64,000 nucleotides of DNA. Origin: Mizuhopecten yessoensis. Taxonomy: Eukaryota. This document shows positions 53,483 through 64,000 of the stretch, piece by piece. A program made the position numbers and the translations under genes. Where the stretch lies: contig NW_018407152.1 of the NCBI RefSeq assembly GCF_002113885.1, positions 91,092 through 155,091 of the forward strand. Reading direction: 5' to 3'. Under the pieces are notes generated by a model. It did not search any database, had not been told where the DNA came from, and saw nothing but the letters and a program-made list of their open reading frames with translations. Each line of letters opens with the position of its first letter. Positions within the stretch are counted from its first letter, which is position 1.

Positions 53483-56400
53483 ATGGTAGACATTGCACAG
53501 AGATGTGTAGGGGCAGTTGTTGGATCTTTAGTGGCAGATGCAGCAGGTATATAGAAAATATTGATGAATAACATTGTGTAACTCCAATATGAAACACACT
53601 TTCTGTTCAAACACAGGGTCTCGTTACAAATGTCTGAAATACACATATGCTATACTGATATGGGTCACAACACACATGTATGACTGTCATACATGTGTGT
53701 TGTGACCCATATCAGTATAGCATATACATGTGTATTTCAGACATTTGTAACGAGACCCTGTGGTTCAAATGTCCCTTGTATGACTTTCAATGAAAGGAAT
53801 ATTGCATTGTTTAGTTTAGTTTATTTTCCGATACAGGATCTATGATCCTCCTCACCGGATTCAAACATGTTTCTTTTTTTAAATAGATAGGTGAATGAAC
53901 AAATACATGTACCATATCAATATGCAAATGTTAATCAATTAAAGAAATGTAAATGTATTTTCATGAAGGTTTATTTTGAGTTGGGATTTATTTTTACCTT
54001 AATCCTATAGCCTATAATTTTCAAACTTTGAAGTTGTATAAAATTGATGTTATATGATATCCAGAATATTTCTCATGTTATTATAAGCAGTATGTAGCAT
54101 ATTTACAGTGTATACCAGCAGCAATGTGTGCAGCGTGAGTTGCTGCAACTTAATGCTGGTTGTGTTTGAAAAAGCTTCATTTGCCTTTCATTTCTGCTTG
54201 AACAGCAACCTTGCAGCAACTATGTGCTACAATTAAGGGCTATTTTTCTGCAAAGAGTTTGCTTCTGTTACACAGTCAAGGTCAGGGCTCAATACATATA
54301 GGGGCTGTCAATACATTTTGAATTACAATCCAGTATATCTCGTGGCAATGAATAGAAATATATTGCTGCCTTAATTAGTCTGTGGAGGAGCAAATTTCTC
54401 TGTTTATTTTTTATTTTTACTAAATTTGTTTCCATAATGTGCTTTTCATTTCTGACGAAAAACAAATAAGAGGAAAACTATGAAACCAGGAAATCACCTA
54501 TTTTCAAATTTTATATATTTGCATCAATGCATTTCAACTCTATATGTATCTTATATGTATAACATAGACAAAAAGAAATTGTTTATATGAAAGAAAAGAT
54601 ATAGATCCATGCTAGTTGTTCTTTTAAATCTTATAACCACCGTGGATGTATGTACATGATTAACATCTGTTGTAGCTATGCCAGTACACTGGATCTACGA
54701 TGTAGGGAAAATGAAAAAGGTTGTAGAAGATTGTCAGCAGAAGCCAGAGTTCCTGCCTGAAAGTCGCTGTCCTTTTTACTCTCTCCCAACTGGTAGATAC
54801 AGCAGCTATGGGGATCAGACATTTGTTTTGCTGAAGTCTATGGTAGAAAACAAAGGTAAGTTTGGTACTTGTAGGTCATTATGGCATTGATAAGTGTATT
54901 ACATACAGGTATATACTATATACACTGTACACACACAACATTACATGGAACCAATGTTTGAAGCTGCTACAAACATAAATGATAGGGTTATCTTTTTTTT
55001 GTTTAGCTTTCCATGGTAAGCATTTCAATACAATACCATTTCAGGAGAGACAGAACCTATAAAACGTTACAAGAAATGTCTAACATGTTGTTTTATAATA
55101 AATGGTATAGAAATCATTATAATGTACGATAAATAGAGAATAATAAACAGAATAAAACATGCCTTTTTCCATATCGCACCAAGTATCAACCCTCGACCAA
55201 TATCAGCCCTCGGGCCTTAGGCCCTTGGGCTGATATTGCAGCCTCGGGTTGATACTGGCTGTGATATGGAAAAAGTCGTGTTTTATTCTGTTTATTACAT
55301 ACTTACTAATAAAAACTACTATCTTATTATTTATTTTTATTTTTGAAATATTGAAAAACGATTTTTTTTTCAAAAGGGGTGTGATATGGGTTTTGCGGGC
55401 TGTTACAGGTTTTGGGGTGTGATACGGCGAGGGCTGATATGGGTTAGAGCAATTGTGTCGTATCGCATATACAAAAAACCCGTATTTATTAGTAAGTATG
55501 TAATAAAGATAAATATCCTTCCAGTTTAACTGCAGGGATGATCCAGTTTGACAACAAATTTTCAACTTTTTAGGATTAAACACAGACCATTACAAGAAAT
55601 CCCTCTATGAAAGGTTTGGCCCCAAATCTGCTTATGAAATTGACCTGGGTCATCCTAGAACCAAAGACGATTTGCCAATCCCAGGGCCCTGGAGACCAGC
55701 ATCACTGACAGAATTTATAAAGAATTATGACGAAGGATTGACCAAGACTGGAAAAGCCACTGACGCACAGGTAGATTCATAAACATCTTTTCTTTTCTTA
55801 AACATCTGAATCAGCTCCGACTGACAAAGAGGCCCAGGGTATGATAGCATTCTGAATGATTTGATGCTTTCTGTTCCTTTTAAAATCGTCTTCATCAATT
55901 GTTATCAGTTATTTCAGTAGTAAATGGTGAATTTAATCAATGAACACGGTTATTATTTAAAATATTGCTAATTAATTGGTTATTATTGTTTGTTTACCTC
56001 CCTTAAATTAAAATCTTTCTGTCATCTGAAATGTAACAATTCATATCTTCAATATCTTCTTAGGAAACATTAGACTTAAGACCATATTTGACCAGAAGTT
56101 AGCAGATATAAGAAGATATCAAAATTGTTCAAATAAATGACCACATAAAGTGTTTTTAAACAAGTTTTTCTAAATTCTCAAGAGGTCTAGGATAATATTG
56201 TTGGCTGCAATGAATTACCTTGATCTCCTTTCCAAATCACAGGTGTCAGATGTGTTAAAAGCTTTAATTTTATTAACTTTTTAAGAGTATAGTCATAAGG
56301 CCTCGAGTCATAATATCATATCTTTGGGAAGTAATTATATAATATGCTTAGTTTGAGAGAAATTGCTTCTGTAGTTTTTAAGATTTGCATGACAAAATAT

Positions 56401-59400
56401 TCTGGACAAACAGGGTGATTCCAATATACCCCACCCCCTAACGTTCTTGCAGGGGGTATAATTAACGTGTGGATCAATGATATTTGGCTTGAAGCGAATG
56501 CTAGGACAAAGGCCTACTTTTTTTTCTTTTTCAAATGAATGAGCTTGGCTGTGGTCAAGATCACAACTCTGAAATCTTTTTAAACATTTTAAAAACATTA
56601 CTATAATGATCTCTAAGAACTATAGATTGCATATTGTACATTTATTCAGGGTCACAGACGTAACGAAAGTCATGATTTAGCCAGTATTGCATTTGATCTC
56701 AATTCAGGGTCAGACATAATGTCATGATTTAGCCAGTATTTCATTTGACCTCTATTCAGGGTCATAGACGTAATGTCATGATTTAGCCAGGATTGCATTT
56801 GATCTCTATTCAGGGTCACAGACGTAATGTCATGATTTAGCCAGGTTTTCATTTGACCTCTATTCAGGGTCACAGAGGTAATGTCATGATTTAGCCTGGC
56901 TTGCATTTGATCTCTATTCAGGGTCACAGAGGAAATGTCATGATTTAGCCAGGATTGCATTTGATCTCTATTCAGGGTCACAGACGAAATGTCATGATTT
57001 AGCCAGTATTTCATTTGACCTCTATTCAGGGTCACAGAGGTAATGTCATGATTTAAATTAGCCAGTATTTCATTTGACCTCTATTCAGGGTCACAGAGGG
57101 AATGTCATGATTTAGCCAGGATTGCATTTCATCTCTATTCAGGGTCACAGAGGTAATGTTATGATTTAGCCAGGATTGCATTTGATCTCTATTCAGGGGC
57201 ACAGAGGTAATGTCATGATTTAGCCAGGGTTGCATTTGATCTCTATTCAGGGTCACAGAGGTAATGTCATGATTTAGCCAGGATTTCATTTGATCTCTAT
57301 TCAGGGTCACAGACGTAATGTCATGATTTAGCCAGGATTGCATTTGATCTCTATTCAGGGTCCCAGAGGTAATGTCATGATTTAGCCAGGATTTCATTTG
57401 ATCTCTATTCAGGGTCACAGAGGTAATGTAATGATTTAGCCAGGATTGCATTTGATCTCTATATCATGGTCACAGAGGTAATATCATGATTTAGCCAGGA
57501 TTGCATTTGATCTCTATATCATGGTCACAGAGGGAATGTCATGATTTAGCCAGGATTTCATTTGACCTCTATTCAGGGTCACAGACGTAATGTCATGATT
57601 TAGCCAGGATTGCATTTGATCTCTATTAAGGGTCACAGAGGTAATGTCATGATTTAGCCAGGCTTGCATTTGATCTCTATTCAGGGTCACAGAGGGAATG
57701 CCATGATTTAGCCAGGATTGCATTTGATCTCTATATCATGGTCACAGAGGTAATGTCATGATTTAGCCAGGATTGCATTTGATCTCTATATCATGGTCAC
57801 AGAGGTAATGTCATGATTTAGCCAGGATTGCATTTGATCTCTATTCAGGGTCACAGAGGAAATGTCATGATTAACCAGGATTGCATTTGATCTCTTTTCA
57901 GGGTCACAGAGGTAATGTCATGATTTAGCCAGGATTGCATTTGATCTCTATTGGTTACCTTTATGGTACAAGGTTCTGATGTAGACATGTGGAAACAAGA
58001 CACTAGTCCCCTTCAAACCTATTCACATCTCATTGTCAGTTGTAAATGCTCCTGATCAATAGTATCAACTATAACAATCGACTGATCAATAATTTTATAC
58101 ATTCTTGTTAAAAAGAAAGAAACATGGGCAATATAACAGTCACTGTACAAGGTTCTGATGTAGACATGTGGAAACAAGACACTAAATGCAGTTACTGAAC
58201 AGCTCCTCAATATATGAAGCAGCTTCATGTTCACAAAATATGGTATCCCAGAAATATTCTTATCAATTTATCAGGCAGATGGATTTTCCAAGGTGGCACC
58301 ATTGGTAGCACTGTATGCAGGAAACACTGCCAAGCTTGTCCAGGAAGTGGAAAAAGCAATCCGGGTCACTCAGGAGGATGCTATTGCTGTTGAATGTGGA
58401 TTGGCTGGTATACATGTCCTATAAAAAACAATAATTTTAAAGAATGTTTTTAACAATTTATATCATACTTACTTCTATAAATACCAGAAAGAATGAGGTG
58501 ACAGGTGATTGTAGGAATTTTGTTATACTTATAAAGTAACTGAACAGAATTATACCCTTTTACCTGCATTTCTGTTTTTATAAATTGTACAGCTAAAGAT
58601 GTTCATATTTTAGTCCCCTTTCAACCTATTCACATCTCATTGTCAGTTGTAAATGCTCCTGATCAATAGTATCAACTATAACAATCGACTGATCAATAAT
58701 TTTATACATTCTTGTTAAAAAAAAAGAAACATGGGCAATATAACAGTCACTGTACAAGGTTCTGATGTAGACATGTGGAAACAAGACACTAGTCCCCTTC
58801 AAACCTATTCACATCTCATTGTCAGTTGTAAATGCTCCTGATCAATAGTATCAACTATAACAATTGACTGATCAATAATTTTATACATTCTTGTTAAAAA
58901 AAAAGAAACATGGGCAATATAAAAGGTCATAGGGGTCAAATAAATTAAAACCTTGAACATATTCTTCTGAATTCTGTGTCTAGGGTGATAATATTTTACC
59001 AGCAGCATGAAGGGCCTTAATTGATCCTTATCTAAGGTCACAGGTATCTATGGTTAAATCTTAACACAATTTTCTCTGAATAAGTAATAAGCAAGTGATG
59101 ATGATATTTTGCAAGTAGCATGCTTTAATGAAGGTCTATTGTATTTGACTTTGTCATACTTTCAAGGTCACAGGGCAAACATTTGTTAATACATAACACA
59201 ACTTCTTTTGAATACTCCCGAGGTTTTTGGCTATGATATTTGGCCATTGGCTGGAATGGAAGGCTATCAAGTTTGTTCAATTAAAAGACCTTGACCTATA
59301 TTCAATTTACATGGGACCATAAGCTACTTATGAATAACCACAACCCCTGATCATGATGTGATATATGGCCAGTAGCATGCTTTGATAAAAGGCTATCTCA

Positions 59401-60999
59401 TTGGTTCAAATAAATTACCTTGACCCATATTAAAGGTCACAGGAATCAGATAAATTATAACATTCTAATCTAGTGCCTTCTCCTGAATAACACATAATCC
59501 AAGAAGGATATTTGATTGGCCAGTAGCTTGCTTGGATAAAGGGCTATCATGTTTGTTAAAATAGATGACTAACTGTAAAAAAAAAATAAAAAAAATAAGT
59601 TTTTCAATAACCTAGAGGCCCAGAATGATGATATTCAACCATAAGCTTGTACACGAATATACTGATATTAGCACTTACTTACATCAACCTATAACCTGTC
59701 TGATAGTAATGTATACACGGTTGTTTGTTGCATGTGATCATTTTCATATATGTAGTGTTATTGTCTTCTTCACATGTAGCTGCCAGTATACTGGAAAAGT
59801 GTGTCCTTGGGAAATCCATAGAGGTGGCTGTCCGTGAGACACTCGAGTCCAGCAATACAGACGTAAAAGCTTACATACAGAAAGCTATCGATGGCAAAAC
59901 AACACCTCATACAGACTTTGTACATCAAGTTGGATCCAGTTGCAGTAAGTAGTAGTTGACCTGTCCTGATGTATTCTCTTGCCATGGACATGATCCCTGT
60001 TTCCTCTGAAAACACACTATTTTGATCTTCCAAACTTTTTGCAGTCATACTGCTGCTTTTCACATACTCATGAGGTTGACACCATTCACCCTACACTCCT
60101 ATTGGCTTGTAATTTCTTGAATCTATGTAATAATATGTTCTTTGCAACCCTCCTCATATATATATACAGTCATTGGTGGTGGTTACTGAAAGTTACCTTA
60201 AACCCCTTAAAACTGTCAGGTCCCTGTACATGTGCTAGCCACGCATACAGTTTGTTACAAGGGTTGGACACATACAGTTTGTTACCAGGGTTGGACACAT
60301 ACAGTTTGTTACAAAAGTTGGACACATACAGTTTGTTACAAGGGTTGGACACATACAGTTTGTTACAAGGGTTGGACACATATAGTTTGTTACAAGGGTT
60401 GGACACATACAGTTTGTTACAAGGGTTGGACACATACAGTTTGTTACAAGGGTTGGACACATACAGTTTGGAGAACACAATGAATGTCTGTCTCTGTTGG
60501 GATCAAACCAGCTTCCCCAGCCTTTCTAGTCCTACACTAACCATTACCCTCTAAAAAGGAAAATCCCTTTGGTTCAAGCTAGCAAGGTGACTTTGAGACC
60601 AAGTGAAAGGTACATCTTGTTTTATTTATAACGCATTGGGTTACGCCAAGTCTATCTTCATTTATGTATATTTCATTTGATTTCAAATTTTGTTTTGTTG
60701 AATTTTAAAAGGCAAACATAAACGATGTATACATATTGTGTTTATCTATTACAGAGGTCCCTGGTAACTTTACCAACTCGGTTCACTGCCTACTTAACTC
60801 TAATGGAGAGTTCCGTGACACTGTCGTCATGACAATAGTCCCCGGTGGCTGTAACTGCAGCAGGTGTGGCTTTGTGGGGGCTACTCTGGGGGCCGTCAAT
60901 GGATTTAAGGCTATACCAGAGGACTGGATCAGCAAAACCTCCAACGGACATGACCTGGTCAACTTTGCAAATCAACTTGTTGGTTTAAGAGAAGGCTAA
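53483..60999 (+). CDS. ADP-ribosylglycohydrolase family, crystallin J1 / selenoprotein J homologue (Cys form), ~327 aa
   Basis: join(53483..53546,54676..54855,55574..55770,58275..58407,59780..59944,60755..60999); phases consistent. Motifs GAVVGSLVADAAAMPVHWIYD, SYGDQ, PIPGPWR, AIRVTQ, GGCNCSRCGFVGATLGA..G...IPEDW. Confidence 0.9.
53612..53762. mobile_element. 151-bp foldback CA...TG element with exact 7-bp TSD
   Basis: GTTCAAA-cacagggtctcgttacaaatgtctgaaatacac...gtgtatttcagacatttgtaacgagaccctgtg-GTTCAAA. Confidence 0.85.
55141..55507. mobile_element. Two abutting palindromic MITE-like elements
   Basis: taataaacagaataaaaca...tgttttattctgtttatta (55141-55297) and ttattacatacttactaataaa...tttattagtaagtatgtaataa (55292-55507). 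Confidence 0.65.
56642..57951. repeat. 54-bp tandem repeat, ~24 copies
   Basis: TTCAGGGTCACAGAGGTAATGTCATGATTTAGCCAGGATTGCATTTGATCTCTA. Confidence 0.95.
57966..58921. repeat. ~180-bp direct repeats on both sides of exon 4 of the SelJ-like gene
   Basis: TAGTCCCCTTCAAACCTATTCACATCTCATTGTCAG... starting near 58004, 58611 and 58790. Confidence 0.9.
60243..60470. repeat. 27-bp minisatellite, ~8 copies
   Basis: CATACAGTTTGTTACAAGGGTTGGACA repeated. Confidence 0.93.
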
Positions 61000-62385
61000 A
61001 ACAATTTTTCATTTCAATTTATGGAAGTTTTCGCTTTAACATATAGACAGTACCTAAGGTGACAATACCCTAAATGGATCACCAATCTATTGTTTTCTTC
61101 ATTCATTGAAAATTCTGTGGATAAATTATATAAGTTTATGGTTGTATCAAAAGAAGGATTATCCATGGGTGTTCTTAGCAACAAAATACTCACCCAGGGC
61201 TAACGTTGGAACGCTCTGACTTCACCAATAATCATTTACGTTTTTTGCAAATGTCAGTACCAAGAACGGATCACGGCTTTATTTTGCACTACAAATGAAC
61301 ATTTTTGTCAGCATTTAACATTTTATAATGATCTTTGAAATTTGTATGAATCCAAATATTTTTATAGTTTGAATTACTTCTACAGTCTGAAACAAAATGT
61401 ATAGTAGTACTCTCGCATGCCATTTTCTAACAAGGTGAACATAAAAAAAAAAAAAATTGAGTTTGAAATACATCTTCTGATGCTATTTGAACTTAAAAAT
61501 TAACAATCTCTAAACATTAAATGATGCATAACTATATATTATAAGAACACATTATTGTAATAACTTTACTGTTGACACATCGGTTATTTCCGGAAGGATG
61601 AAAAACAGCCGGAAAATCTTGTAACAGATGTCCGTTGCATTTATCTCTTTTTCTGTGCCTTAGGTCTTTTTATTATTTCTGTTTTTGTAACAGGCACAAA
61701 AAGTAAAAATGTGAATATTTTCTGAAGACCCTCTTTGTCATCAACCAGTTCTGTTAATATTTCTATCGGGAGATATCTTCATCTTTCTTCTTCTAATATT
61801 TCATCAGCTTTTGATTTCTAGTTGTTGAGAATATGAACGAAATAATTAACATTTTCTAAAGTCTTGTTATAGTCTTAACATAATTTATTTATGCATCATC
61901 ACTCGTAAGAGAAACAATATTGCATTTACGTTGAAATCAACAATGATTTTCCAGACCACCAACCCAAGTTTAGCACTCCTTTTCTTACCCAGTATTATCT
62001 CATTCTGAACAAGTAAATATCAGATATCAACAAATTTTAAGTGCAATGCTCTTTTTAGGCTTTGCCTTTTCATATTATGTGCAACTATGACAATTTTAAT
62101 TTGCCATGGACTTTCAAAACAATTTTTACAAAACTTTTCCATCCAGATGTTTATTCGTGAATGTACCTGTCTATACAGTGGTAATATGCTTTAATCTAAC
62201 CAATGAATACCTTTACAATTGTTTTTCCTAAATAAATTGCTCTTATAAAAAAGATATGATTTCGGTTTTTTTTTATATCAGACTTGTTACTCTCTGATCG
62301 TGGATTTTCAATCATGATCATGACCATGATAAACTGTAGAGAACCACACCTGATGTATTTCATGTTTGAAATCTGACTGAAAGTA

Positions 62386-62575
62386 TATTCCGTCTTTTCG
62401 TATTGCAGAGTTATGTGCTCTTGTGAGCAGGTATTGATTGTTACGTCATTTGTTTGTGAGAGTAACGTCGTCAGTTTTTGAGAAAACGACGTAATTTTCT
62501 CACACTAACCAATGACGTAACAATCAATACCTGCTCACAAGAGAAGATAACTCTGCAATACGCAAAGATGGAATA
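62386..62575. mobile_element. Palindromic MITE flanked by TA
   Basis: TA-tattccgtcttttcgtattgcagagttat...ataactctgcaatacgcaaagatggaata-TA. Confidence 0.8.
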
Positions 62576-63465
62576 TATGCTACCAGATATATCCCAGCAT
62601 ACTTGATAGAAATAACATTGATAAATTGTACTAAAAACAAAATTGTTCAGAGCAGTTGTGCCCTGCATGGATATCTTAAAATTGAAGCCTGTTATTTTGG
62701 GAACAATATACATGGTATTGTATAATGTTTGTAGACTTGAGTCTTCATAGTGAAGTTGATTAAACCTTGAGACTGACATGTTCTAATTGCCAGTATAGAC
62801 GAAAACAATGTACCACCTTAGTAATACATTACAACTTTGATCGCCCAACATTTGGATCGGGATTGGACAAATGCTTAAAATATCCTGTCATCATGCATCC
62901 CACACTGAGCATACCAACATTACTTACTATATTCTATGAAGAATTCTGTTGATGTCTTGTAAAACTTATACAAGACAGTGTTAATGCATATGAAAAGTTC
63001 ATTGATAGTTTTGGATTGCACAAAACACTGATCAAATATTAAGTTTGGTACAGAATTCACTTAAGTGCACAGAAAACTTTCAATGTAGTTTTTTTTTAAT
63101 AAAAACATTCGCGACTTCCCTTGAGTGTGACTTAATCCCCTTCAGATGCTGAAATACTAGCAGTGCTTCCAACCGACTTGGTTAAGGAGAATTTCTGTTT
63201 AGCTCGATTGGCAGAGAAGATGATCCAATTAAAATAATGTGTTGCAAAGAAATCTTGATCAAACCGGAGGTTTTACAAACAAGAGTTAATATATGTATGC
63301 AATATGATTCACAAGCATACATTTCATAAGTTATCAGTATCTTGGCATGCTTATTTTCACTATACTAGCAAATACTTTCCAAAACATGAAAACGCCCACA
63401 ATTAAGGCCTACAGCTGAAATTAATTTATCAAAGAAAACAATCCTGCAGTTGCACTATTTTGACA

Positions 63466-64000
63466 TCATTTTATAAGATTCATCACACTGCAGTCACGTA
63501 AGATCAGAACCACACATACCATCTTGATATTCACACAGTCATTATACAAGTTAGGTTTGTCTGATGGGAGTTCAGTCGCTGAACTGTCCTGCATAGCCTC
63601 ACTTTGGATATTGTTATCAGTAAGCGTTAAGATTTCACTCGCTGAACTGTCCTCCATAGCCTCACTTTGGGTATTATTATCTGTAAGTGAAGGGAGTTCA
63701 CTTGCTTGGCTGGCCTCCATAGCCTCACTTTGGATATTGTTATCCGTAAGCGTTAAGATTTCACTCGCTGAACTGTCCTCCATAGACTCACTTTGGGTAT
63801 TACTATCTGTAAGTGAAGGGAGTTCACTTGCTTGGCTGGCCTCCATAGCCTCACTTTGGGTATTATTATCTGTAAGTGAAGAGAGTTCACTTGCTGGGCT
63901 GTTCTTATCACTGTCGACGGCACATTTATCATAAACTTCCTTGTCACAATCCTTCACACCAGTAAAATGTATGTCAATGTCTTCCCTTTTACTCTCAGTA
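63466..64000 (-). other. Open frame running off the right edge with 60-bp (20-aa) acidic Ser-rich repeats; exon or pseudogene of an unidentified gene
   Basis: No stop from 63999 to 63466; unit ASELPSLTDNNTQSEAMEAS; unique non-repeat sequence open on both sides; possible donor ATG|GTATGT at 63520/63519. Confidence 0.4.

Noticed and set aside
56670-57723. 18-aa repeat ORFs; also 9-aa repeat ORFs at 60170-60483
   Set aside because: 54-bp and 27-bp intronic minisatellites
53483-60999. Orthology to ADPRHL1, which lies near ANKRD10 on human 13q34
   Set aside because: Motifs (HWIYD, GPWR, GGCxCSR) fit the J1/SelJ subfamily, not ARH1/ARH2
61000-62250. SECIS element in the SelJ-like 3' UTR
   Set aside because: ATGA...AA...GA candidates lack a pairing stem by eye and the CDS has TGC; SECISearch would be needed to exclude a fossil

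Overview
AT-rich, intron-rich animal genomic DNA. The repeat families suggest a mollusc, probably a bivalve (inference). Four complete spliced genes can be assembled by hand with GT-AG junctions and consistent phases: ANKRD10/ANKRD37-like (+, 1091-13683), RAD6/UBE2A (+, 27982-33407), UFSP2 (-, 37341-53009) and a crystallin-J1/SelJ-like ADP-ribosylglycohydrolase (+, 53483-60999) lying head-to-head with UFSP2. An unresolved minus-strand repeat ORF runs off the right edge. Most notable: (1) RAD6 has two complete, diverged copies of its last coding exon, one fungal/plant-like with an acidic tail and one animal-like without; (2) ANKRD10 has a tandemly duplicated exon 2 (candidate mutually exclusive pair, one ANKRD10-like and one ANKRD37-like) plus a stop-containing cassette exon; (3) the ANKRD-(RAD6)-UFSP2 arrangement echoes the convergent human ANKRD37/UFSP2 pair; (4) two UFSP2 introns start with minisatellites built from copies of their own splice donor; (5) several tiny CA...TG palindromes with 7-bp duplications look like P-element excision footprints. 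Most listed ORFs are chance frames through introns or tandem repeats. All homologue comparisons are from memory, not from a search.
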